Virus record (IMG/VR): IMGVR_UViG_3300035670_000114
Location: 22,867-86,866 of that record
From: a virus
Direction: 5' to 3' (one strand)
Length of the DNA: 64,000 bases
In this document: piece by piece, positions 1-9,220 of the stretch
How the letters are laid out: every line of letters begins with the position of its first letter
How positions within the stretch are numbered: the stretch's first letter is position 1
The notes under the pieces: generated by a model
What the model was told of the DNA's origin: nothing
The model's input: only the letters and a program-made list of their open reading frames with translations
Databases searched by the model: none
Position numbers and translations under genes: made by a program

Positions 1-151
1 TGTATTGGTTTTTGCCGTAGGCGGCTCGGCTGCGCTAGAGATTTCAAACGCCCGACTCTCCTGCTACTCCATCGGCGAGTCACTAAATCTAGCCCTGCTC
101 GACGCCAGGATAACCACCCTGATGCAAGCACTGTCCATTGCAATCCCATGA
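1..151 (+). CDS. 3' end of accessory tail/lectin-like protein (partial)
   Basis: Open frame from base 2 ending ...SNARLSCYSIGESLNLALLDARITTLMQALSIAIP*; C-terminus resembles cyanophage tail-associated proteins; first of a tandem series. Confidence 0.55.
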   Translation, partial: VLVFAVGGSAALEISNARLSCYSIGESLNLALLDARITTLMQALSIAIP

Positions 152-153
152 CA

Positions 154-175
154 CTAACCCATAGCACTACGAGGA
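154..175 (+). repeat. 22-bp intergenic direct repeat, copy 1 (CTAACCCATAGCACTACGAGGA)
   Basis: 18/22 identical to 908-929; both immediately precede a tail-cassette ATG. Confidence 0.7.
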
Positions 176-176
176 A

Positions 177-899
177 ATGACGATCTACGTCCCCGGAAAG
201 CTGACGTTTCGGAAGCAGACCGTATCTGCAGATCCGTACTACAACAACGTCTCGCTGCTGCTTCACGGCGATGGTGTTAACGGCAGCACGACCATCGTGG
301 ATAGCAGCCCATCGCCCAAGATTGTCACTGCTGTAGGAAACGCGCAGATCGGCACTGCGCAAAGCAAGTTTGGTGGGGCAAGTATTGCGTTTGATGGTGC
401 GGGAGATTACTTGCAGTCGCCATCTAATTCAGGTTTTCAAATTGGTACAGGCGATTTCACCCTCGAAGCCTGGATACATCCTCTTGCGTTCGCAAGTGAG
501 CCTAATTTCAACGATTTCGGTTCTATTTTTGATTTTCGCACCGCAGGCGTTAGCCAAGTAAACATACTTTTGACATTTTTGGGTAGTTCTAATCTTGTTT
601 TTTTTGTAGATGGCCTAACTCGCATCACCGGAGCCGCAATATCCGTAAATCAATGGACACACGTTGCATTATGTAAATCAAGCGGAACCACCAGACTATT
701 TATTAACGGTGCGCAATCCGGGGTAAATTATTCAGACGCAAACAATTATACATCATCTGCATTCAGGATAGCAGGCAATGTCAGCGCGAATGCTTTTTTC
801 CACGGCTACATAGATGACGTAAGAATTACGAAAGGAATCGCCCGCTATCAATCGGCGTTCACCCCGCCCACCGCACCGTTCCCCGAGGTACTCGGATGA
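177..899 (+). CDS. LamG/concanavalin A-like lectin domain protein (tail fibre/adhesin)
   Basis: DPYYNNVSLLLHGDG, GTGDFTLEAW, WTHVAL, GYIDDVRITKG motifs. Confidence 0.85.
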   Translation: MTIYVPGKLTFRKQTVSADPYYNNVSLLLHGDGVNGSTTIVDSSPSPKIVTAVGNAQIGTAQSKFGGASIAFDGAGDYLQSPSNSGFQIGTGDFTLEAWIHPLAFASEPNFNDFGSIFDFRTAGVSQVNILLTFLGSSNLVFFVDGLTRITGAAISVNQWTHVALCKSSGTTRLFINGAQSGVNYSDANNYTSSAFRIAGNVSANAFFHGYIDDVRITKGIARYQSAFTPPTAPFPEVLG

Positions 900-907
900 C
901 CCCCACC

Positions 908-929
908 CTAACCATTGCCACTACGAGGA
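908..929 (+). repeat. 22-bp intergenic direct repeat, copy 2 (CTAACCATTGCCACTACGAGGA)
   Basis: See copy 1. Confidence 0.7.
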
Positions 930-933
930 CGCC

Positions 934-1770
934 ATGAGCTGGATTATCACGCCGCAGCAGAAGCATCCGGTTTCACCATTCCTCCTTGACACTTATCCCG
1001 GCGCTGCTGCTGCATACAGCCTAAGACAGCTTCGCACAGGCGTTACAAATGTTGTCCGCGTACGTCGCAGTAGCGATAACGCAGAACTGGACTTCACGGC
1101 TGCGCAAGTCACTAATGGCACGCTAACTGGATGGGTTGGAGCTGGGAATAATGGGTTTGTGCGGACGTGGTATGACCAAAGCGGCAACGGAAGGGATGCT
1201 TCACAAACCACAACAAGCCAGCAGCCCGAAATTGTCTTAAATGGAGCGTTAATAACCGAAGGCTTAAAACCTGCCCTAAGTTTTAATGGAATCAGCCATT
1301 CATTCAACCATAATTATTCAATAACTACTGCCTCAACGATATTGGCCGTCGCCAAACTAACTGCTGTAGCAAGCTCAGTTGAGCCAATCTACGAAGCTAC
1401 AGCCCCAAATACATCTTTAAGAAATGGGATGATTGGTGACGCCAACAACTCTGGCCAATGGGGCACATATATGAATAGTTGGAAACTGTCAGGCTATTCG
1501 GCGCAAGGCACTCGCCGACTAATGATTAGCATTAGCGATGGCTTGACATCAGGAACAGTTCAAAACACTTTAGCCACAAACGGGGCAGTTACAACAGTTA
1601 CGGATACTGGACGCTATGCAGGTGACGCACTGGATAGGCGGTCAATTATGCGAACCTCACTCGATTTTACCCGAGGCGTTGTCCAAGAGATAATTGTATG
1701 GCCAACAGCGCAAACCTCAAGCAGGGTTGGGATTGAATCCAACATCAACGGCCACTACGCCATCTACTGA
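934..1770 (+). CDS. Arabinofuranosidase-B-like/lectin-fold accessory tail protein
   Basis: LLDTYPGAAAAYSLR...VRVRRSSDNAE.DF...WYDQSGNG motifs. Confidence 0.75.
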   Translation: MSWIITPQQKHPVSPFLLDTYPGAAAAYSLRQLRTGVTNVVRVRRSSDNAELDFTAAQVTNGTLTGWVGAGNNGFVRTWYDQSGNGRDASQTTTSQQPEIVLNGALITEGLKPALSFNGISHSFNHNYSITTASTILAVAKLTAVASSVEPIYEATAPNTSLRNGMIGDANNSGQWGTYMNSWKLSGYSAQGTRRLMISISDGLTSGTVQNTLATNGAVTTVTDTGRYAGDALDRRSIMRTSLDFTRGVVQEIIVWPTAQTSSRVGIESNINGHYAIY

Positions 1771-1812
1771 CACCTCCTAGTGTCCCCGTCTAAGGCGACC
1801 ACCTGACGCCAA

Positions 1813-1821
1813 GGAACCCTA
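1813..1821 (+). promoter_or_regulatory. Putative phage late-promoter motif GGAACCCTA
   Basis: Member of recurrent GG(A/C)ANNNTA motif in intergenic gaps. Confidence 0.5.
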
Positions 1822-1868
1822 GCTTGCGCCCGCCGCGTCGTGCGCCAAGCTTCCCTCGCCTCATACCG

Positions 1869-2423
1869 ATGTCCGCTCCAACCGTCCCGCCGGCCATCCG
1901 CGCCTCACTGCTCGCCCTGGCGCTCCCCCTGCTCGCCGGCGGCTCCTACGTCTGGATCAGTTGCGAGCGATTCGCCTCCAAGCCTGGCGAGTGCGCCCTG
2001 CAGTGGACTCAGGCCGCTGGCGTTATCAGCACCGGCGTCGGCTGGGTCCAAGGCTTCTGGCAACCCAACCAGGTGCTCCGCAAGCGCGAACAAGAGCTCC
2101 TGCTCACGCCTCCGCCGGTTGCCGCCGGCCCCGCGCCCGAGCCGCCCGCCTCGCCCTCCTTCTCGTTCTCGACGCAGCCCTACTCTCCGCCCTCTCTTTC
2201 GCTTACCCCTGTTCCACCCGCAAGCGACGACGTCTCCTGGTCCTTCCCGGAGCCAACCCCTCCCCCGGCGGCCGACACCTATTCGACCGACGAGCTGGAG
2301 GCCATGACCGTAGTCGAGCTGCGCGAACTCGGCCGCAGGCTTGAGCTGCGCCCCCTCCACTCGAACGCCAGAAAGGGCGAGCTTGTCGAGTGGATCGCCG
2401 GCCAGCCCAAGCTCGTCGACTGA
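1869..2423 (+). CDS. Membrane protein with Pro-rich linker and C-terminal Rho_N/HeH-like domain
   Basis: Two hydrophobic segments; LEAMTVVELRELGR...RKGELV. Confidence 0.6.
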   Translation: MSAPTVPPAIRASLLALALPLLAGGSYVWISCERFASKPGECALQWTQAAGVISTGVGWVQGFWQPNQVLRKREQELLLTPPPVAAGPAPEPPASPSFSFSTQPYSPPSLSLTPVPPASDDVSWSFPEPTPPPAADTYSTDELEAMTVVELRELGRRLELRPLHSNARKGELVEWIAGQPKLVD

Positions 2424-2472
2424 CGACTACGAGTGGGGTCGTGATAGGGTGTGAGCAGCACCCCAAGGCATC

Positions 2473-3333
2473 ATGACCCCAACCCTGCAGCAGACCTGGC
2501 ACCAGTTTCTGGAGGAGCGCAAGATCTCGCTGTCGCCCACCAGCGTGGTCACCGACTACACGCAGGTGACCAAGTGGCTTGCTCGCTGCCCCGTCCAGGA
2601 CCTCGAACAGGGCCGACGCATCTTGATCTGGATCCTCCAGCAGGAACCCGTCAAGTCGTCCCGCCGCGTCTGCATGTTTGTGCGCTCCATGTACAAGTGG
2701 GCCTCCTCGGAGGACGTCGGCATCCTGCAGCGCAATCCCGTCGGCAACTTCAAGATGCCCAAGGCCCCTCAGGGCAACGGGGAGATCGTCGTCATCAACA
2801 AACAGGAACTCAACCTGATCATGATCGCCCTGCGCGTCAAGTCTCACCACCGCAGCGTCGACTGGTCACTGTTTGCCGAATTCATGCTCCAGACCGGCAT
2901 GCGCACCGGCGAGGTACGCGCCCTTAAGTGGTCCGACATCCCGTCAGACGAGAACCGCATCCTGGTCCACAGCAACTACACCCTGACCCACGGCCACAAG
3001 CCCAGCACCAAAACCAACAAGCAGCGCTGGGTGCCGCTCAACGAGAGGTGTCTCGAAATCCTGCAGGAGCTCCCCCGCTCCAGCGAATACATCTTCCCCT
3101 GGAACCGTTACACCTTCCAGTCCTTCTTCCGCACCAAGGTCGACCAACTCCATCGCGCCGGCTTGATCAAGGGCCGCTATCGCCCCTACGACCTGCGCCA
3201 CGTCGCCATCAGTCGCTGGCTTGAAGCCGGCATCCCCGTCACGCAGGCCGCGTCGTGGGCCGGCAACACCAGCGAGGTCATCTGGAAGCACTACGCCAAC
3301 AGCACCCAAGACTACGCCATGCCCGTCCTGTAA
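2473..3333 (+). CDS. Tyrosine recombinase (short, XerC/D-like, no arm-binding domain)
   Basis: TGMRTGE, TKT, YDLRH, WAGN, IWKHY catalytic boxes; 286 aa. Confidence 0.92.
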   Translation: MTPTLQQTWHQFLEERKISLSPTSVVTDYTQVTKWLARCPVQDLEQGRRILIWILQQEPVKSSRRVCMFVRSMYKWASSEDVGILQRNPVGNFKMPKAPQGNGEIVVINKQELNLIMIALRVKSHHRSVDWSLFAEFMLQTGMRTGEVRALKWSDIPSDENRILVHSNYTLTHGHKPSTKTNKQRWVPLNERCLEILQELPRSSEYIFPWNRYTFQSFFRTKVDQLHRAGLIKGRYRPYDLRHVAISRWLEAGIPVTQAASWAGNTSEVIWKHYANSTQDYAMPVL

Positions 3334-3356
3334 CTCGCCCCTACCGAGCTCCCTTT

Positions 3357-3365
3357 GGCAACCTA
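3357..3365 (+). promoter_or_regulatory. Putative late-promoter motif GGCAACCTA
   Basis: Recurrent motif. Confidence 0.5.
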
Positions 3366-3422
3366 ATGTGACGGCGCCAAACCTCTACGAGGCGCGTCTA
3401 CGTTCACCTCTGGAGACCCACA

Positions 3423-3827
3423 ATGGGAGCCCGCTCTACTTATCCGATTCGCGAGGCGTTTCATCTCGACGAAAACACCCGCATCACCACGACCGCCAAG
3501 GACCTGGGTGTTGACCTCGGCAACATCAAGACCATCCGCCTGATCGTCCTGGATGCCACCGTGGTGCAGGCGGCCGGCGGCGGCACCAACGCCACCATCC
3601 AACTGCAAGACGCCGACAACTCCGACGCCGTCTTCCACACCATCACCTCCGCCGACCTGGCCAACGTGGACGCCAATGGCGTGTACCTGGAGCACGTGCG
3701 CGGCGCCCTCTGGGAAGGCATCCGCAACGTGAAGTACGTCTACACCGCCGGCACCGCTGGCGGCGGCACCGCTGGCGCCATCTCCGGCTTCTCGGTGTAC
3801 GTGGACGCAGTGGAAGTCAACTACTGA
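3423..3827 (+). CDS. Hypothetical protein, possibly virion structural
   Basis: Strong codon bias, beta-rich, own promoter motif and terminator. Confidence 0.65.
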   Translation: MGARSTYPIREAFHLDENTRITTTAKDLGVDLGNIKTIRLIVLDATVVQAAGGGTNATIQLQDADNSDAVFHTITSADLANVDANGVYLEHVRGALWEGIRNVKYVYTAGTAGGGTAGAISGFSVYVDAVEVNY

Positions 3828-3852
3828 TCTCCCCACTCAAATCAGCCAACCA

Positions 3853-3877
3853 AGCCCCGGCCACCCGGGGCTCTTTT
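3853..3877 (+). terminator. Rho-independent terminator
   Basis: AGCCCCGG-CCAC-CCGGGGCT followed by CTTTT. Confidence 0.8.
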
Positions 3878-3879
3878 GT

Positions 3880-3888
3880 GGAAACCTA
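3880..3888 (+). promoter_or_regulatory. Putative late-promoter motif GGAAACCTA
   Basis: Recurrent motif directly after terminator. Confidence 0.5.
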
Positions 3889-3910
3889 AGTCACCGCACC
3901 CGCGCCTTCA

Positions 3911-4303
3911 ATGCACCTGCAGCCGTACCCCCAATACTTCCTCAAGGACGGTGAACGCCGTGCGGCCAACTACACCGTCGAGGCCCGCGAGCTGCTCGAA
4001 ACCGGCTGGGTCGCCGAGAAGAACGCCCTGATCGAGGCCCTCTCCTCCGCACCCACCACCGAACCCGCCCCCGAGCCCGAACCCGCTGAGCCGGCCGAGC
4101 CCGCCGAGCAAGTCGACGCCGACGTCGTCGAAGACGAAGACGCCGAGCCCGCGCCGATCGACGAGCGCATCGAGGACGCCGACGTCGTCGACTTCGCCGC
4201 CATGACCAGGCTCCAGCTCCTGGCCTACGCCGAGAAGCGCGGCGTTGACCTGCGCAACAACCTCTCGAAGGCCGAGCTGATCGAAGCCTGTCAAGCCCTC
4301 TGA
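3911..4303 (+). CDS. Acidic protein with C-terminal HeH/Rho_N-like domain
   Basis: MTRLQLLAYAEKRGVDL...KAELI. Confidence 0.65.
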   Translation: MHLQPYPQYFLKDGERRAANYTVEARELLETGWVAEKNALIEALSSAPTTEPAPEPEPAEPAEPAEQVDADVVEDEDAEPAPIDERIEDADVVDFAAMTRLQLLAYAEKRGVDLRNNLSKAELIEACQAL

Positions 4304-4485
4304 TGGAATTCGAGTACACCACAGGGCCCCGCTACCTGGAGGACGGCCGAAACCTCGACTCCGACGTCTCCGCCGTCCACCCGGTCGTAACCCGCCGCGA
4401 GATCAATCAGCCAGTGTCTGACGGCTCCCTCGGCGAACCCGGCTACGAACCAGGCCAGTTCAACAAGGACAACCTGCCCCTCTGA
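4303..4485 (+). CDS. Hypothetical protein
   Basis: TGATG coupling, codon bias. Confidence 0.55.
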   Translation: MEFEYTTGPRYLEDGRNLDSDVSAVHPVVTRREINQPVSDGSLGEPGYEPGQFNKDNLPL

Positions 4486-4487
4486 CC

Positions 4488-4568
4488 ATGGCAATGAGCA
4501 AAATCGCCGCCTCGGCCCACGGCTCCACCAAGAAGAAGCCCGCCCCCAAGACGACCAAAGGCAAATGA
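4488..4568 (+). CDS. Small Lys-rich peptide (26 aa)
   Basis: MAMSKIAASAHGSTKKKPAPKTTKGK fills the gap; ATGA overlap with next gene. Confidence 0.45.
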   Translation: MAMSKIAASAHGSTKKKPAPKTTKGK

Positions 4569-4840
4569 CCATCAAGTACAGGGGCGAAACCTTCGAGGAC
4601 TACAACACGCCCAAGGCGACCCCGAATCACCCGACGAAGTCCCACGCCGTCTTGGCCCGAGAGAAGGGCAAAGTCAAGCTGATTCGCTTCGGCGAGCAGG
4701 GCGCTACCGGCTCGCCATACCGCAAGGGCGAGAGCAAGGCCGACACCCAGCGCCGCCGCGATTGGCTGAACAGGCACGAAGAGAACATCAAGAAAGGCAA
4801 GCTGTTCCCAGCCTGGTGGGCCAAGAAGGTCAAGTGGTAG
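4565..4840 (+). CDS. Conserved basic phage protein (KLIRFG...WA.KVKW family)
   Basis: KSHAVLA..KVKLIRFGEQG...AWWAKKVKW. Confidence 0.75.
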   Translation: MTIKYRGETFEDYNTPKATPNHPTKSHAVLAREKGKVKLIRFGEQGATGSPYRKGESKADTQRRRDWLNRHEENIKKGKLFPAWWAKKVKW

Positions 4841-4882
4841 CCCCACACAAAGGCAGCCTACTGCATGTTGCGGTGACCTCCA

Positions 4883-5179
4883 ATGGCTGAGGCAAAACGA
4901 AAGAGATCAACCGCTGACTTCTACGCCAGCAACCCCGAGGCCTACGCCAAGAAGCTTCGCTACGACAAGAAGCGAAACGCCAAGCCCGACCGCAAGAAGT
5001 ACCGCGCCGAGCTCGCCCGCGAGCGTCGCGCACGCGGCATCATGGGCAAGGGCGGTCCAGACGTCAGCCACACCGCTGGCGGTGGCTTCAAGCTCGAAAA
5101 TCCCTCTCGCAACCGCGCCCGAAACGGCCACGGCAACAACGGCCGCCTCGCGCCAGGCAAGGGCACCAGGCGCTCCTGA
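4883..5179 (+). CDS. Basic phage protein, degenerate HNH-like (DVSH...NRARNG)
   Basis: Motif; preceded by GGCAGCCTA at 4852. Confidence 0.65.
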   Translation: MAEAKRKRSTADFYASNPEAYAKKLRYDKKRNAKPDRKKYRAELARERRARGIMGKGGPDVSHTAGGGFKLENPSRNRARNGHGNNGRLAPGKGTRRS

Positions 5180-5246
5180 CCCAGTTGATCGACAGGCATC
5201 CTAGTTGGTAGCAAACGCCGAAGCGGAGCCCGGCCTGGTCAGCCCT

Positions 5247-5678
5247 ATGTCCAACGAGAATCCCGTCTTCGGCTCCGCTCCAGCCACCGAACAGGCTCAC
5301 GGCGTGCCATACGAACACCAGTCAATCTCGCCCGCCGACCTGTACCACAGACTCGGCAAGCTCGAAGGCCTGATGCAGGGCATGATGGGCAGCGTCGACT
5401 CCTTCGGGCAGGCGATCAAGGACATCCACGCACGCATCGACAGAGTCGAACAACGCCAGGGCATACTGGAAAAAAGCCAATCCCAGGAAGCCGGATCGGA
5501 CTCCGTCTTGCGCTCCATTTCCAAGGACTACGTCATCCCGATCGCAGCAATCGTCATCACCTGGTTCGCCGCCAAGTCAGGCACCGTGCCCTCCGAGCAC
5601 CACCCGAACAAGAGGTCGCAATACATCCTCGAAAGCAGACCCACGGCGATCATCACAACCCGCTCCACCATCTCGTGA
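5247..5678 (+). CDS. Coiled-coil plus single TM protein (holin-like position)
   Basis: RLGKLEG coiled coil, YVIPIAAIVITWF; overlaps endolysin start. Confidence 0.55.
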   Translation: MSNENPVFGSAPATEQAHGVPYEHQSISPADLYHRLGKLEGLMQGMMGSVDSFGQAIKDIHARIDRVEQRQGILEKSQSQEAGSDSVLRSISKDYVIPIAAIVITWFAAKSGTVPSEHHPNKRSQYILESRPTAIITTRSTIS

Positions 5679-6802
5679 ACCGCCAAACGATCTTCGATCT
5701 CGCCCAGCAAGCTGGCGCCAAGTTCCCTCAGCTCGTCGTAGCCCAATACATCCTCGAAAGCGGAGACGGCCAACACCTCAGCGGCAAATTCAACTACTTC
5801 GGCCTCAAGGGGCCTGGCACCCTCAAGACCACGGACGAATACTACAACGGAGTCAGGACAACCATTAAGGACCGCTTCAAGGACTTCTCGTCCCCGCAGG
5901 AAGCCGTCAACTACCTCGTCGAACGCTGGTACAAAAACTGGAAAGGCTACTCCGGCGTCAACAGAGCAAAGGCCCCCGAAGAGGCCGCCAACCTCCTGTA
6001 TTCGGAAGGATATGCTACTGACCCGAACTACGCCGCAAAGCTCATCAGGATCATGTCTCAGCTCCCCGCCCAGCAACCCGAGTACGCCAACATCCTGGAT
6101 GCGGCCAAGAACTACGAAGGCAAGCCCTGGCAGGACAAAGCCTTCTCCGACCTCGACGCCAGCCTGACCACCGAGCAGCGCAAGCTGTTCACCACCCTCT
6201 GGCGCCAGGGCCCACCCGCCACCGCCTCAAAACCCGCCGCCAGCAAGCCTTCTACCGGCAAGCCTTCGTTCCCACTCAAGGTCCCCTACTTCTACCAGCG
6301 CGACAGTAAGACGGGCCACGGCGAGCGCATGTGCTTCAGCAGCAGCATGGCGATGGCCATGGACTACCTCGACCCGTCGGCCATCGAGGGCGACGACGAC
6401 TCCTATCTGCGCGTCGTCTTCCGCTACGGCGACACCGTATCCTCCGATGCCCAGATCAAGGCCGCCAGGTCCCTGGGCTTCGACGCTCAGTTCCGCAACA
6501 ACCTGACGCAGGCCGACCTCCTGTCCCAGCTCGACAAAGGCATCCCGGTCCCCATCGGCGTGCTCCACAAGGGCAGCGTCAGCAACCCCACCGGCGGCGG
6601 CCACTGGATCTGCTTGACCGGCTACAACACTACCCACTTCTGGGTCTGCGACCCGTTCGGCGAAATGGACGTCGTCAACGGTGGCTACGTTCGCACCGGC
6701 AAGAATGACGGCAACCAGGTTCGCTACACACGCAAAAACCTGATGCGCCGCTGGCTGATTCAATCCAACAACGATGGCTGGGGGGTGATCTTCAAGAAAT
6801 GA
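5675..6802 (+). CDS. Endolysin: GH73 glucosaminidase plus C39-like peptidase
   Basis: AQYILESG, NYFGLKG, GYATDPNY; VPYFYQRD, CFSSS, GHW, DPFG. Confidence 0.9.
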   Translation: MNRQTIFDLAQQAGAKFPQLVVAQYILESGDGQHLSGKFNYFGLKGPGTLKTTDEYYNGVRTTIKDRFKDFSSPQEAVNYLVERWYKNWKGYSGVNRAKAPEEAANLLYSEGYATDPNYAAKLIRIMSQLPAQQPEYANILDAAKNYEGKPWQDKAFSDLDASLTTEQRKLFTTLWRQGPPATASKPAASKPSTGKPSFPLKVPYFYQRDSKTGHGERMCFSSSMAMAMDYLDPSAIEGDDDSYLRVVFRYGDTVSSDAQIKAARSLGFDAQFRNNLTQADLLSQLDKGIPVPIGVLHKGSVSNPTGGGHWICLTGYNTTHFWVCDPFGEMDVVNGGYVRTGKNDGNQVRYTRKNLMRRWLIQSNNDGWGVIFKK

Positions 6803-7020
6803 CACAAGTCATCCTCGATTATCTCCCGGGCTACATGTTCGACGGAGCCAGGGTCGTGTCAACCGGCTCTGCGCTACCCCCAACCCAACACATCAATCGC
6901 CGCAACGGCGAGATCATGTACTACGTCAGGCCTCTATTCGACGGCCAAACGAACGTCGGAATGTTCATCCGCCACAAGGGAATCGTCGACTCCATCAAGA
7001 ACAGGCTATCTTCGACCTAG
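6799..7020 (+). CDS. Hypothetical protein
   Basis: ATGA overlap. Confidence 0.55.
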   Translation: MTQVILDYLPGYMFDGARVVSTGSALPPTQHINRRNGEIMYYVRPLFDGQTNVGMFIRHKGIVDSIKNRLSST

Positions 7021-7439
7021 CCGTTGCTGCCGTAGTAGCTCAGCCCCGGAATGTTGCTAACAAGGCCGCCGAGGTACTCATGCACGCTATCTGCCTGCCA
7101 TCCACAGCGCAAGCATAGGCCATTGGCGATCTGATTGAACGCGATGGTGTGATACCTGGTCCACATTCCGCGTTGAACGGCGTCGTCACAAACCTGGCTA
7201 GCCGAGCGCAGGAGCGCCAGCTCGGTCATCTCGTGATACTGCAGACGCATGGCGGTACTGTGCTCGTACCGACGCTTGTCGATCAACTTCAGCGCAAATC
7301 CAGAAACGTAAGCCATGGCCACCGTCAGGCCATTCGACAACCCGGCAACCAGGTTGGCGACCGCAGTGCCTGCAGACACGTTGGCGGCAATCAGGCCACC
7401 GCTGGCCGTCAGGATAACGCCAAAGAGCCAATTCTTCAC
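7017..7439 (-). CDS. Hypothetical membrane-associated protein
   Basis: Coupled to helicase stop. Confidence 0.55.
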   Translation of the reverse strand: MKNWLFGVILTASGGLIAANVSAGTAVANLVAGLSNGLTVAMAYVSGFALKLIDKRRYEHSTAMRLQYHEMTELALLRSASQVCDDAVQRGMWTRYHTIAFNQIANGLCLRCGWQADSVHEYLGGLVSNIPGLSYYGSNG

Positions 7440-9220
7440 GAAATCGTTCTCCGTGCTTTCAGGATCAAAGAATGCTGAAGGGTGTCGTCCGACTTTAGGC
7501 TGCAGGTCTTGTAGTCGATCTGCACCACAGACTTGTCGACCATGCCACCCTCAAGCATTGTAAGGCGATCATCGAGGCCGGAGGAGTGCCAGATAACCTG
7601 ACCGTCCCGTGCCTTATTGTGCCAAACCTCGACCCTCTGGTTTGACGGTTCACCGACCACCTGCTTTTGCTTGCGCACCAACCACACGGCATGCGACACG
7701 TGGCTCAAGGCGTCGGTCCCCCTGATCTGGTCAGCGGTCGGCGGTGGCGGTGGTGCGTCCCCCCTGGTCCCGGCTTCGGCCTTCAGGCTTACCTGGTTCA
7801 TCTGTGCAGCAACAAATAGATCAACTCCAAGCTCCTTGGCCGCGCCAGTCAACTTGTAGGCCCTCTCCTCAAGCATCGAGGCATCGTTCGACGGCGCACC
7901 CTTATGCCTGGCAAGGCAATGAAAGTGGTCAAGAATCACCACCCGTAACTCAGGATTCTTCGCCTTCATCGACCGCATCGAGTTGATCGCCGCATCAACG
8001 CACGCGCCCCACGGCGCATCAACCAGTAACTTGCCGCCAATCGCCTGCAGCTCTCCGGCCAGCCTCCCCAGCAAGCTTGCAATTCCGGCCCTCCTCTCCT
8101 TCTCGGGATTCAACAACTCCACCACCGTGACGTACCCAAGTCCCTCCTGACTTGCGGTCCAGTGGTATCCCTGCCTGCCGAAGATCTTCCTGGTCAACGA
8201 CGCAAACAGCCTGGCCTCGACCGCCTTCAACCCCAGCTCCGCCGATATAAACCCAACCGTCAACCCACCGGCCGCCAGCGACGTGGCAATATGACACGCG
8301 CAAGCGGTCTTACCCGTCGAAGGCCGCGCCGCAAAGGTAAACAACCTCCCCTCTGCCGGCGCATTGATCTTCGGTCTACTGACGCCACCGCCAATATCCA
8401 GATCAATCGCGGGAAAGCCCGTCGACACTGGCCTCTCGATGTCTTCGGCAACCATGAGGCCGTCCACCCAGTTCTTCCTCTTGTTACCTGGCGACCCAAT
8501 AATCGAGTCGATTGCGCTGATCGCATGCCCCTGCGATCCAATGGCGCCACGAATCATGCCGACGCCCTCCATCGCCCGATGTTGGAGGAACTCCAGCGCC
8601 CGCTCAAGTTTCTCCTCGGCCTTGATATTTTGCGCCGCAACGTGCAGCGTCTCCGCATACAAGGAGCGAACCCTGTATTGCTTCAGCACATCCAGCGCCG
8701 TAGCCCACTCCGAGTTGCCGTCGCCATAGGACTCCATCAGCATGGGATCCGACAACTCGTAGATCGCCTTGTTGAAGTCCAGCACCGACACAAATCGACT
8801 GCTGTCCGACCTCATCGAATAGCTAGCAATCAGTGACTCCCTGGAAATCAACTGGCTGACATTTTGCCCCACAAAAGTCAGATCAATTTCATGCGATATG
8901 GCCCGAAACCGATAATCCGACCACAGGCTCATGGGCACCGACTGCCCGTGCCCAACTCCAAACGCACTCCTGAGCTCAGCCCACAACTCACGCGCCATGC
9001 CCGACGGACATGTCAGCACTCTGCTGAGAACGATTGCCTCCTGCTGGGTGGTGTCTTCTCGCTCGCGCACGCTCGTCGGCTGAAGCTTGTCGACGATCCG
9101 CGCAACCAGCACCGCCTGATCCAGGGCCTCGTGGTTACACGACGAAATGCGCCCATCCTTGACCTCAAGCAGGCCGAGCTCGGCGGCCCGCTGTATGTAG
9201 TGCGGCAGCTCAGCCTGCAT
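7436..9220 (-). CDS. DnaB-like replicative helicase
   Basis: STGFPAID, Walker A AARPSTGKT, FISAE, VILDH, AAQMN, KARDG. Confidence 0.88.
   Translation of the reverse strand: MQAELPHYIQRAAELGLLEVKDGRISSCNHEALDQAVLVARIVDKLQPTSVREREDTTQQEAIVLSRVLTCPSGMARELWAELRSAFGVGHGQSVPMSLWSDYRFRAISHEIDLTFVGQNVSQLISRESLIASYSMRSDSSRFVSVLDFNKAIYELSDPMLMESYGDGNSEWATALDVLKQYRVRSLYAETLHVAAQNIKAEEKLERALEFLQHRAMEGVGMIRGAIGSQGHAISAIDSIIGSPGNKRKNWVDGLMVAEDIERPVSTGFPAIDLDIGGGVSRPKINAPAEGRLFTFAARPSTGKTACACHIATSLAAGGLTVGFISAELGLKAVEARLFASLTRKIFGRQGYHWTASQEGLGYVTVVELLNPEKERRAGIASLLGRLAGELQAIGGKLLVDAPWGACVDAAINSMRSMKAKNPELRVVILDHFHCLARHKGAPSNDASMLEERAYKLTGAAKELGVDLFVAAQMNQVSLKAEAGTRGDAPPPPPTADQIRGTDALSHVSHAVWLVRKQKQVVGEPSNQRVEVWHNKARDGQVIWHSSGLDDRLTMLEGGMVDKSVVQIDYKTCSLKSDDTLQHSLILKARRTIS

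Noticed and set aside
2473-3333. Lysogeny integrase or prophage boundary
   Set aside because: Phage genes lie on both sides, and no repressor, excisionase or att site was recognised; not fully excluded
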